In this document: one piece after another, positions 42,420-50,967 of the stretch
How positions within the stretch are numbered: the first letter of the stretch is position 1
Layout: each line of letters opens with the position of its first letter
NCBI GenBank assembly: GCA_041651095.1
Contig: JBAZJV010000006.1
Span: forward strand, 8,986-72,985
Direction: 5' to 3'
Source of the DNA: Patescibacteria group bacterium
GTDB taxonomy: Bacteria > Patescibacteriota > Patescibacteriia > Patescibacteriales > UBA12465
DNA: 64,000 bases
The notes under the pieces: model-generated
Seen by the model: only the letters and a program-made list of their open reading frames with translations
What the model was told of the DNA's origin: nothing
Database searches by the model: none
Made by a program: the position numbers and the translations under genes

Positions 42420-44405
42420 ATGCACAAAAGCATCCGGCTTAAATTATTTACGGCCTTTCTGACGATTATCGCGGTTTTTACCATCGTCGAAGGTTTTTTT
42501 ATTGCCATCAACTTCAATATCGTCAAGCGCTATCAGGGCTTGACCGATATCATGGTTTCCGAATACCGCCTGATCGGCACGACGGCTGACCTGATCGAAT
42601 CTTTTAAGAGCTTTATCAAATACACCGGCGACGACCAGAAGCGGCAGGACTTTCTGAATACGCGCGGCGATCTGCGCGGCCTGCTCGTCAAGATCGATTC
42701 GGCTATCGTCGATACGGACAGCCGGGTCGCTTTTACCGGCCTGCGTAATACGATCACCAAAATCATTGCGGAAGTGGACAGCGGCCTGGCGGAAGCGACC
42801 AGGGGCGACTACTCGCAGACGACCATCCGTTACGATAATGCCAACCGCCTCAATAGCTTCGTCAAGGATAATACCACCAGCCTGCTGCTGTTCCAATTGG
42901 CTTATGCCAAATCCTTGGAGGCGGAAATCGGGCAGATCCAAATTTGGAGCGAAATCGTCGCGCTACTGATGTTTCTGGTCGCGGCGGCCGGTTCGCTCTG
43001 GTACGCGATTAGCTTTTCCAATAAGATCGTGGCCCCCTTGATCGGCCTGACCAGGCTGGCCAAGGCGATCGAAGGCGGCGACCTGAAAGCGGTCGTCGGC
43101 AAAGAGATCCTTATCGGCGACGACGAAGTGGCGAGCCTGGCCAACTCTTTCAACATGATGGTCTTTTCCTTGCGCCAGAGCATCAAGAAGCTGCAGTCCT
43201 ATAATCTGGAGATCAAGGATTCCCGGAACCGGCTGAAGGCGGAGAAGAATAAGCTGCAGCAGTATCTGGATATCGCCGGCGTCATCGTCATGATTTTTTC
43301 GCCCCACACTAACAACGTTTTCTTGGTCAACAAGAAAGGGCGGGAGCTTTTGGGCATCGAAGCCGGCGAGATCATGGGCAAGGATTGGGTCGGACTTTTC
43401 GTTTCGGCTAATACTCGGCTCAAGACCAAGGCTTTTTTAAATTTACTTATTTCCGGCGCGACGCCGCCGGAAAATACGCTGGAAAACGTCCTGATCACTA
43501 AGGATAACAAGCAGAAAAATCTGGTCTGGCATTTCAGCCTTTTGAAAAACGAGAGCGGCGCGCCGCAGGCCGTCCTGGCGACCGGCGTGGACGTGACCGA
43601 ACTTACCGCCGCCAAGGTGACCATCAATCAACTGAAAGAACTGGACCGCTTGAAGAACGAAGTGATGAATATCGCCACGCACGAATTGAAGACGCCGCTC
43701 ATTTCCATCGTCGGCTTGTCCGAGGTCATGGAGAAGAAGCCGGAAGCCTTGCCGCCGGATTACCGCAACTATGTTTCGATCATCCATCAGGAAGGCGTCA
43801 AGCTGACCAATCTGATCAAATCTATGCTCTCGGCCAGCCGGAACGAATTGGGCAAGATCACGGTGGTCAAAGAAAAATTCGACCTGGCCGAACTGGCGCG
43901 GTCGCTCCAGACCTCTTTGTCAATTCTGGTCAAGCGGACCGATTCGCAGGTCGCTTTCGATATCCAGGGTGAGGGATTCGCCATGGAAAGCGATCGGGCC
44001 AAGATTTCCCAGGTCATTTATAATTTCGTGGATAACGCCGTCAAATACGGCCCCCGCCAGCAGACAATCAAGATCGCTTTATCCAAGCTCGATGCCCATA
44101 CCGCCAAGGTGGCCGTGACCGGTGCCGGCGAAGGCATTTCGGAGGAAGACCAAAAGAAATTATTTTTGAAATTTTCCCAATTGGAACCCTCGCTGTCCCG
44201 CTCCCAGGACGGCATGGGTCTGGGGTTATATATCTGTAAGCAGAACATCGAGAATTTAGGCGGCCAGATCGGCGTCTTCAGCCAACCGAAGCAGGGAGCG
44301 ACTTTTTATTTCACTTTACCGCTGGCGGCCTCAGCCGACGCCAAACCGGCGGCCGCGCCGGGGCGGAAAGGCCGGAACGATGCTCGAACGGTTAAAAAAG
44401 ATTAA
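42420..44405 (+). CDS. sensor histidine kinase (2 TM, extracytoplasmic domain, HAMP, PAS, HisKA, HATPase)
   Basis: H-box ATHELKTPL and G-box GMGLGLYICK. A HAMP-like segment follows TM2, and a PAS-like region spans about residues 290-400. Confidence 0.85.
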   Translation: MHKSIRLKLFTAFLTIIAVFTIVEGFFIAINFNIVKRYQGLTDIMVSEYRLIGTTADLIESFKSFIKYTGDDQKRQDFLNTRGDLRGLLVKIDSAIVDTDSRVAFTGLRNTITKIIAEVDSGLAEATRGDYSQTTIRYDNANRLNSFVKDNTTSLLLFQLAYAKSLEAEIGQIQIWSEIVALLMFLVAAAGSLWYAISFSNKIVAPLIGLTRLAKAIEGGDLKAVVGKEILIGDDEVASLANSFNMMVFSLRQSIKKLQSYNLEIKDSRNRLKAEKNKLQQYLDIAGVIVMIFSPHTNNVFLVNKKGRELLGIEAGEIMGKDWVGLFVSANTRLKTKAFLNLLISGATPPENTLENVLITKDNKQKNLVWHFSLLKNESGAPQAVLATGVDVTELTAAKVTINQLKELDRLKNEVMNIATHELKTPLISIVGLSEVMEKKPEALPPDYRNYVSIIHQEGVKLTNLIKSMLSASRNELGKITVVKEKFDLAELARSLQTSLSILVKRTDSQVAFDIQGEGFAMESDRAKISQVIYNFVDNAVKYGPRQQTIKIALSKLDAHTAKVAVTGAGEGISEEDQKKLFLKFSQLEPSLSRSQDGMGLGLYICKQNIENLGGQIGVFSQPKQGATFYFTLPLAASADAKPAAAPGRKGRNDARTVKKD

Positions 44406-44415
44406 TTATAAAAAT

Positions 44416-44811
44416 ATGAAAATTTTGATCGTGGACAATGACCTCGGCACGGTCACGACGCTCAAAGCGCTGCTCTTGGATCAGGCGGATTTCCAGATCG
44501 ATACCGCCGCCGGCGGCCAGGAAGGACTGGACAAGATGTCCGCCCATCCGGATTACGACTTGGTTATCCTCGATATCATGATGCCGAAGGTAAGCGGCAT
44601 GGATGTCTGCCAGGCGATGGTCAAAGATTGGAAGCTGCGGGACATTCCGGTTCTGCTGATGTCTTCCGCTTTGCCGATCCCGCCCGAGGAATTTCACAAT
44701 TCCCTGGAAAAATTCAGCGGCCTGAGCGTGGTCAAGGGCGTCCTGGAAAAGCCCTTCGTCATCCCGGACCTCCTGGCGCAGATCCGTCAGGTCGCCCGGA
44801 AGCCGCTTTAA
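44416..44811 (+). CDS. stand-alone response-regulator receiver protein, paralog of 40949..41335
   Basis: Carries IVDND, VILDIMMP, MSSA and EKPF. It is collinear with the first receiver along its whole length. ATG 44416 is chosen (ORF track 44380 overlaps the kinase). Confidence 0.8.
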   Translation: MKILIVDNDLGTVTTLKALLLDQADFQIDTAAGGQEGLDKMSAHPDYDLVILDIMMPKVSGMDVCQAMVKDWKLRDIPVLLMSSALPIPPEEFHNSLEKFSGLSVVKGVLEKPFVIPDLLAQIRQVARKPL

Positions 44812-44833
44812 GCGTTCGGGGCGGCCAGTCTAT

Positions 44834-44866
44834 AAAAAAAGGCTCTTTGTCGAGCCTTTTATTTTT
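44834..44866. terminator. bidirectional hairpin terminator
   Basis: A7, then AAAGGCTC-tttgtc-GAGCCTTT, then a T-run. It lies between convergent genes. Confidence 0.65.
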
Positions 44867-44884
44867 TACTGCTTATTACATTTT

Positions 44885-45961
44885 TTACTGCATTTTTTGG
44901 CGCAGGACCTGGAATAATATCGCCGCCGTCGGGTCGCTGACCGTAACATCATGCATCCGACCGCCGGTCCGGTTTTCATAGTTGCGCGGTATGGAGTCGG
45001 CGATGAATATTTTGTCGAAGGGGTTATCGTAGAATAGCCTTCTTTGCCAGCCCGGTACGCAGATAGCGTGCGTGGCCGCGAACATGATCGCTTTGGCGCC
45101 GAAGGACTTGAGCAGCCGACCGGTATTATTGGCTGTTTCGCCGGAAGCGATTTCGTCTTCGACCATCAGGACGACTTTATCCTTGATGTTTTCCGCCGTG
45201 GCATAAGACAGGCGGTCAAAAGCGAATTTTTCCTTGAGCTGGCTGATAAGAGTTTCAATACTTTCCTTTTCCGCCTGGACGATAGCGGGAGAATTATTCA
45301 GTTCTCGCTTTTTCAGATTAAAGGTTACGCCGCAACCGATGATTTGAGCCAAGGCGAGAGCGCGGCGAATGGACCCTTCGTCCGGAGCGTAGGCGACGAC
45401 CTCAGGTTGGTCTGACGAGAGTGTTTTTTCAGCTTCCAAGAACGGCCGGATGTTGCGGGCGAATATTTCCGACATATCGACCGGGTAGAAACCGATATTG
45501 TATTCTTGGCAATTTCTGGCCAAGCTCCCAGCCGAATGAGGGGTGACCACGATCAGGTCATTGACGCCGGCATGCGCCATACGGTCGATTAGCATGCGCA
45601 AACGGTTGATTTCTTCCGTCTTTTCCCAGTGGTCTTGGCGTCGGAAACGCAGGAAAGGGATGACGGCGATCAAGCTTTTGGCCTGATATTGCCTGGTGAT
45701 CGCCCAACTTAATTGCAGGAATTCTTCCAGTAAGTCAGCCGTATACGTGCTTTGGCAGAGCACTACGGTCTTGCCGGCCAGTTGTTCATAGCGGGGAATC
45801 TTGTCGTCCGGTTCCTGATCGCCGAATTTGGCGAAATTGATATGTTGGAAATTCAGATCGGTTCCCAGGAATTCTCCCAGGCAATTAATTATCTTAAGTC
45901 CTAGCGGATGATTGCCGTTGCCGCTGAAGAACAAGACTTTTTGCTTAATGATTTCTTTCAT
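44885..45961 (-). CDS. divergent ribose-phosphate pyrophosphokinase (Prs) family protein
   Basis: The N-domain pattern FFSGNGN...FAKFGDQEP...AVIPFLRFRRQDH fits Prs. The PRPP-loop-like segment reads VLMVEDEIASGETANNTG. The catalytic flexible-loop region is diverged. Confidence 0.55.
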   Translation of the reverse strand: MKEIIKQKVLFFSGNGNHPLGLKIINCLGEFLGTDLNFQHINFAKFGDQEPDDKIPRYEQLAGKTVVLCQSTYTADLLEEFLQLSWAITRQYQAKSLIAVIPFLRFRRQDHWEKTEEINRLRMLIDRMAHAGVNDLIVVTPHSAGSLARNCQEYNIGFYPVDMSEIFARNIRPFLEAEKTLSSDQPEVVAYAPDEGSIRRALALAQIIGCGVTFNLKKRELNNSPAIVQAEKESIETLISQLKEKFAFDRLSYATAENIKDKVVLMVEDEIASGETANNTGRLLKSFGAKAIMFAATHAICVPGWQRRLFYDNPFDKIFIADSIPRNYENRTGGRMHDVTVSDPTAAILFQVLRQKMQ

Positions 45962-46111
45962 GGCTGCTACTCCATATTTATGGTTATTTTAAAGTACTTT
46001 TGACTATTATTAGCTGAATAGATTATTATCCGGCTTTTTCGGGCACAAGTCAAGACGGCGGCAAGAAAGCCGGCTGTAACGGCGTATTAATTTTCAGGCG
46101 GCCTTATCGTG

Positions 46112-46140
46112 TTATCTAATTGTCCGCTTAATGGTATAAT
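46112..46140 (+). promoter_or_regulatory. promoter candidate placing the sigma-factor ATG at the transcription start (leaderless)
   Basis: TTATCT, 17-nt spacer, TG-extended TATAAT (46135-46140). Only 6 nt separate the -10 from ATG 46147. Confidence 0.45.
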
Positions 46141-46146
46141 CACTAC

Positions 46147-46734
46147 ATGCTGGAAGCTAAAAATGCCGCCAAGGTCAGCGACGAAGAACTGATCGGCCTG
46201 ATTCTCCAGGATCAGGACAATTTTTTATATTTGGTCGATCGCTATAAGCACCGTCTGCTCAGCTATATCCGCCGCCTGACTAACGTCAATAATGAAGATG
46301 CCGAAGACATCCTGCAGGAAGTGTTCATCAAGATCTATCTCAACTTGAACGATTTCAACCGGGATCTTAAATTTTCTTCCTGGGCCTACCGCATCACGCA
46401 TAATCAGGTGATCAGCCGCCATCGTAAATTGCAGGCGCGACCGGAAGGGCACGCGGTCAATATCGAGGACCAGGCCGCCCGGCGGCTGGCGGCGGAAATC
46501 GATATCGCCGCCGCCGCCGATTTGCAGCTGTTGAAAGATCATACGGCGCGAATCCTGGCGCAGCTGGACGCCAAATACCGGGAAATCCTGATCCTTAAAT
46601 TCTGGGAAGAGAAGAATTACCAGGAGATTTCCGATATCATCGAGAAGCCGCCGGGCACGGTCGCCTCCACCCTTAATAAGGCTAAGCAGGAGTTCAAGAA
46701 AGAATTAGCCAGACAGCAATTAAATCTTAATTAA
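46147..46734 (+). CDS. RNA polymerase sigma-70 family (ECF-type) sigma factor
   Basis: 195 aa. Region 2 reads AEDILQEVFIKIY...FSSWAYRITHN. The region 4 HTH reads NYQEISDIIEKPPGTVASTLNKA. Confidence 0.8.
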   Translation: MLEAKNAAKVSDEELIGLILQDQDNFLYLVDRYKHRLLSYIRRLTNVNNEDAEDILQEVFIKIYLNLNDFNRDLKFSSWAYRITHNQVISRHRKLQARPEGHAVNIEDQAARRLAAEIDIAAAADLQLLKDHTARILAQLDAKYREILILKFWEEKNYQEISDIIEKPPGTVASTLNKAKQEFKKELARQQLNLN

Positions 46735-46735
46735 T

Positions 46736-47518
46736 ATGTCCGTCACCAATCAAGACAACGATTTCGACCGGAAACTGGTCGCCAAAATAAAAGCCGAAAA
46801 GATCTCGCCCAAGCCGCGCTGGCATTTTCTCTTGAAGGATTCGGTCATCTGGGCCGCCGGCACGTTCTCGCTGCTGGTCGGCGCCGGCGCGGTTTCCGTG
46901 CTGATTTATTTTTTCAAATACAGCGGCTGGGAAATGCGCGAAGCGATGCATAAGAGCTGGGGGGAATTTTTCTTGCTGACCCTGCCTTACTTCTGGATCA
47001 TTTTTCTCGGCCTCTTCGTCTTTATCCTGTATTATAATCTGCAGCACACGAAGCACGGCTACCGTTATCCGGTCTGGTTCATCATTTCTTCTTCCGTCCT
47101 GTCCAGCGTCATCCTGGGCGGTATCTTTTTCCTGGCCGGCCTGGGCGAACGCATAGACAACCTGCTCGGCGTCCAGGCGCCTTTCTACAATACGGTCATT
47201 AACCGTCATTTAGATTTCTGGTTCAATCCGGCGGAAGGTCGGCTGGTCGGCATAGTCACGGACAAGAACGACGATAATTCTTTCACGATCATCGATCCAT
47301 CCGGCAATGAATGGCTGGTTTCCGCCGACTCCTGCGCCAGTTCCATGTTTTTGCTGCATCTGCGCGAACCGGTGGATATCATCGGGCAGGTGACGGATGA
47401 CCATCGTTTCGCGGCGCGCAGAATCAAGCCCGGCCATCCGGGACGCAGCTTCCTGTCCCGACCGAGGCCGCGGCCTAGCCGGACGAACTTGCCACCCTTG
47501 CTCTTACCCAGTCCTTAA
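46736..47518 (+). CDS. membrane protein, anti-sigma-factor candidate by position only
   Basis: The ATG lies 1 nt after the sigma-factor stop. About 4 TM segments plus an extracytoplasmic C-terminal domain. No recognisable ZAS motif. Confidence 0.4.
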   Translation: MSVTNQDNDFDRKLVAKIKAEKISPKPRWHFLLKDSVIWAAGTFSLLVGAGAVSVLIYFFKYSGWEMREAMHKSWGEFFLLTLPYFWIIFLGLFVFILYYNLQHTKHGYRYPVWFIISSSVLSSVILGGIFFLAGLGERIDNLLGVQAPFYNTVINRHLDFWFNPAEGRLVGIVTDKNDDNSFTIIDPSGNEWLVSADSCASSMFLLHLREPVDIIGQVTDDHRFAARRIKPGHPGRSFLSRPRPRPSRTNLPPLLLPSP

Positions 47519-47689
47519 ATTTATCTAAGGACAGTCTATTTTACGGAAGAAAATTTTATCGGCAGCGTAATATATCAAGACCGGGCTATTGTTTTGTGCT
47601 ATGTTCCGGTAAAATGAAAACGTTTATTTTAGACATCTGCTAAGGGGTGTTTTTTTATTATTTTTAATGGCTAAGATTAAACAAATTTT

Positions 47690-48322
47690 ATGCAAAAAAC
47701 CTTGATCCTCGCCGCGGTCATGTCCATCGTATTACTGTCGGCGACGGCTTGCAGCCTGCCGTTCGGCCAGAGCAATCGCCCTCAGGCGGCCGGTAATGTT
47801 AACCGTAATCTGCGCCGCCCAGACTTCGGGCAGCCGCAGCGACAGGCCGACTTGCGAGGCGTCGTGACCTCGGTTATCGGCAATGAAGTGAACGTTTTGA
47901 AAATTGCCAATAATGCCGGCCGGCGAGCCAGTTCTACGCCGGAAGATGCCGGCGCTGCCGCGACGTCCGGCGCACCTAACATTTCTTTAAGCGGAACGGG
48001 CAATAATCGTGCCGGCTCGCCCGGCGGCTTTGCCGCCGGGGGCCAGCGAGGCGGCGGTCCGGCCGGCAATCCCGGTTTCAGCGGCGGGCAGACCGATCGG
48101 GCGGCGATGTTGGAGCAGTTGAAGGCCATGAGCACCGGTCAGGAAACGATCATTATCCCGGTCGGCAGCAAGATGATGAAATTCAGCGTTGACGCGGGCA
48201 CTAAGCAGCGGACCGCGATAGAAGCCAATCTGACTGATATCAGCGCGGATAAGATGATTACGGTTTGGCTGGACAGCAGTGTTACAGATAAATCGGTGGC
48301 GGAATTCGTCCTTATTAATTAA
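47690..48322 (+). CDS. hypothetical lipoprotein with a Gly-rich segment
   Basis: Lipobox LSATAC. The low-complexity stretch reads GGFAAGGQRGGGPAGNPGFSGGQ. It heads the efflux operon. Confidence 0.5.
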   Translation: MQKTLILAAVMSIVLLSATACSLPFGQSNRPQAAGNVNRNLRRPDFGQPQRQADLRGVVTSVIGNEVNVLKIANNAGRRASSTPEDAGAAATSGAPNISLSGTGNNRAGSPGGFAAGGQRGGGPAGNPGFSGGQTDRAAMLEQLKAMSTGQETIIIPVGSKMMKFSVDAGTKQRTAIEANLTDISADKMITVWLDSSVTDKSVAEFVLIN

Positions 48323-48330
48323 GCAACTTT

Positions 48331-50205
48331 ATGGCTCAATCAATTTTAGCCGAAAGCCGGCAGGCTAAACGACGCGGTCTGATCGGTTTTTTCCTAAGCA
48401 AGAAATTTTTAGTTTCCCTGGCCGTAGCGTTGGCGCTTGGCGGCGCGGCTTATTATGTTTATGCCCGCAATCATCAGGCCGAGAGCGTAATCGCGCAACC
48501 CAAGCAATGGACCGTCAAGTCTGACGATTTGCAGATTGCCATCCAATCCGACGGCAAGGTCGTTTCCAAGGACCAGGTCTCGCTGTCTTTCCCGGTCAGC
48601 GGCAACCTGGAAGTTGACAACGTCTATGTAAAAGAAGGCGATCGGGTCAAGAAAGGAGATAAGATCGCTTCGGTCAAGACTGAAAGCCTGCAACTAGACT
48701 TACGCAATGCTTATACCAATTACCAGTCGGCCTTGGCCAATCTGGAAGCCAAGCAAGCGCCGCCTACCGACGCGGAAATCAGCAGCGCTAAAGCCGCGAT
48801 TTCTCAGGCTCAGATCAGTTTGGACCAAGCTAAGATCAGCTTGGAACAAGCCAAATCCACCGCCCAGCAGCAAGTGGACAATGCCCAGGCTTCGGTCGAT
48901 TCGGCCAAGAATAATCTTCAGCTTAACCCCAGCGTCAATGACAGCACCATTGTCCGCAACGCTTATTCCAGCCTGTATAATTCCTTGCAATCATTGGGCG
49001 TCGGTTTGCAGCGCGACTTGCAGGATTCCGACAATATCTTAGGCGTGGATAACACCGCCGTGAACCAGTCTTTCAAGAGCATCCTGGGCGCGACCAATCC
49101 GAGCACCTTCTTTATTTCCCAGGCCAGCTATGGCCAAGTCAAAGCTTTGAAACTTTCCTTGGACGCGGCGACCAAATCTTTGGATAGCAACGACCAGGAA
49201 GCCCTGGATCGGGTCGCCAAACAGGCAGCCGATACGCTCCGCGGCTTTCAGACCCATTTGAATAATGTCCAATTAATGCTGAACGCGACCATCGTGGCCG
49301 GCGGACTGACCCAAGCTCAGTTGGACGGCTTCCGCTCGACCATCGCCAGCGATATCTCCAGTCTCAGCGCGACCATCAGCAGCCTGGATAATACTATCCA
49401 GGCCGTGAGCAGCGCTAAAAGCAGCCTGAGCAATCTGCAGATCGCTTACAATACGGCTTTGAATAACCTGAAGGTGGCGCAGACTCAAACCGAGCAGAAC
49501 CTCAATACCGCCCGGATAAATGTCCAATCCAAAGAACTGGCCCTGGAACAAGCCAATAATTCTTATCAGGACCTGTTGACGCCGGCGCGGGAAGTGGATT
49601 TGGCCGCTGCCCGGGCCCAGTTGGCTTCGGCCGCGATTTCCGTCGACCGGGCCAAATATAATATGAGCCAGGCGACCCTGATTTCGCCGATTGACGGCGT
49701 TATTTCCGCGCTGAATTATAAGGTCGGCGACATCATCATTTCCAACAGCAATGTCGATACGACGGTAGCGACCATTATCAATACCAACACCTTATTCATC
49801 GAGGCTAATGTGGAAGAAGCGAGCATCAGCAAGCTGAAAGTCGGCGAAAAAGCCGTCGTCACTTTCGACGCGATCGACGGCCTGACCCTGAACGGAGAAA
49901 TCAGTTTCATTTCCCTGACGTCGACCACAAGCGCCAACGGCATCGTTACTTACCTGGTCCGGGTCATCGTCGATAATCCGGCCGATTCGCCGGTCCGCGA
50001 AGGCATGACCGCGGCCATTAATTTCGTGACCGCCGAAGCCAAGGATGTCTTGATCGCGCCGATTTCCGCGGTCCGGAACATCAACGGTTCACCGGCGGTC
50101 GAAATGGTAGACGGCGAATACGCGCCGGTAACGACCGGTTTCACTGACGGCACCAGCGTGGCGATCCTGACCGGCCTCAAAGCCGGTGACGTGATTTTGT
50201 ATTAG
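48331..50205 (+). CDS. HlyD/MacA-type periplasmic adaptor with a very long coiled coil
   Basis: TM anchor, then a lipoyl-like segment (VKEGDRVKKGDKIASV). Next come about 300 aa of Q/A/S/N/L-rich helical repeats, then beta-barrel and MP domains (LISPIDGVISAL, GMTAAINFV). Confidence 0.75.
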   Translation: MAQSILAESRQAKRRGLIGFFLSKKFLVSLAVALALGGAAYYVYARNHQAESVIAQPKQWTVKSDDLQIAIQSDGKVVSKDQVSLSFPVSGNLEVDNVYVKEGDRVKKGDKIASVKTESLQLDLRNAYTNYQSALANLEAKQAPPTDAEISSAKAAISQAQISLDQAKISLEQAKSTAQQQVDNAQASVDSAKNNLQLNPSVNDSTIVRNAYSSLYNSLQSLGVGLQRDLQDSDNILGVDNTAVNQSFKSILGATNPSTFFISQASYGQVKALKLSLDAATKSLDSNDQEALDRVAKQAADTLRGFQTHLNNVQLMLNATIVAGGLTQAQLDGFRSTIASDISSLSATISSLDNTIQAVSSAKSSLSNLQIAYNTALNNLKVAQTQTEQNLNTARINVQSKELALEQANNSYQDLLTPAREVDLAAARAQLASAAISVDRAKYNMSQATLISPIDGVISALNYKVGDIIISNSNVDTTVATIINTNTLFIEANVEEASISKLKVGEKAVVTFDAIDGLTLNGEISFISLTSTTSANGIVTYLVRVIVDNPADSPVREGMTAAINFVTAEAKDVLIAPISAVRNINGSPAVEMVDGEYAPVTTGFTDGTSVAILTGLKAGDVILY

Positions 50206-50237
50206 GGTTTTGGCATATTAGATTTACTATCAGCACT

Positions 50238-50966
50238 ATGGTTAGCCAAGAACATCGGAAAAACGTGATCGCCATCAAGTTGGAAGACGCCCGCAAGTCT
50301 TATTATCTGTCAAATGACGAAGAGATCCCGGTTCTAAACGGCGTCGATCTGAGTATCAGGTCGGGTGAATTCGTGGCGATCATGGGCGAATCCGGCGGCG
50401 GCAAGACGACTCTGCTTAACATCATCGGTTGTCTGCATCCTTTGACGGCCGGGCAATATTTTCTGGACGGCGAAGACATTGGGGCGGTTCAGGATGATTT
50501 TACCCTGGCGTTCATCAGGAATAAGAAAATGGGTTTCGTCTTCCAGCAGTTTAACCTGTTCATGCGCTTTTCCGCCCTGAAGAACGTGGCCTTGCCGGCG
50601 CTTTACGCCGGCGTACCGACCACCGTTCGGGAAGAGAAGGCTAAAGCTTTACTGGAATCCGTCGGCCTGGGCGATCGCCTGTTGCATCGGCCGACCGAGC
50701 TCTCCGGCGGCCAGCAGCAGCGCGTAGCCATTTGCCGGGCGCTCATCAACGATCCGGAAATTATCCTGGCGGACGAACCGACCGGCGCCCTGGACTCCAA
50801 GTCCGGCCTGGAAGTTATGGAAATTTTCACCAAGTTCAAGCAGCAGGGGCGAACCGTCGTGATGGTGACGCATACCGCCGAGGTCGCCAAATATGCCGAC
50901 CGGATTATCTATTTGCGCGACGGCCGGGTCTTGGATCATGATTATAAGCTGCATAGCCACTATTAA
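50238..50966 (+). CDS. ABC transporter ATP-binding protein (MacB/LolD type)
   Basis: Walker [10 protein letters not shown], signature [11 protein letters not shown], Walker [12 protein letters not shown]. Confidence 0.9.
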   Translation: MVSQEHRKNVIAIKLEDARKSYYLSNDEEIPVLNGVDLSIRSGEFVAIMGESGGGKTTLLNIIGCLHPLTAGQYFLDGEDIGAVQDDFTLAFIRNKKMGFVFQQFNLFMRFSALKNVALPALYAGVPTTVREEKAKALLESVGLGDRLLHRPTELSGGQQQRVAICRALINDPEIILADEPTGALDSKSGLEVMEIFTKFKQQGRTVVMVTHTAEVAKYADRIIYLRDGRVLDHDYKLHSHY

Positions 50967-50967
50967 T

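Noticed and set aside
44861-44892. A 12-nt direct repeat ATTTTTTACTGC (44861-44872 and 44880-44891) at the 3' end of the Prs-like gene.
   Set aside because: It is short and T-rich and adjoins a terminator T-run. There are no associated inverted repeats or mobile-element genes, so simple slippage is the more likely explanation.
47615-47645. A possible ECF-type promoter (TGAAAAC ... CTGCTAA) upstream of the lipoprotein/MacAB-like operon, which follows the ECF sigma gene.
   Set aside because: Neither the -35 (GAAC-type) nor a CGT-type -10 is matched at proper spacing. It cannot be distinguished from chance in A/T-rich DNA.
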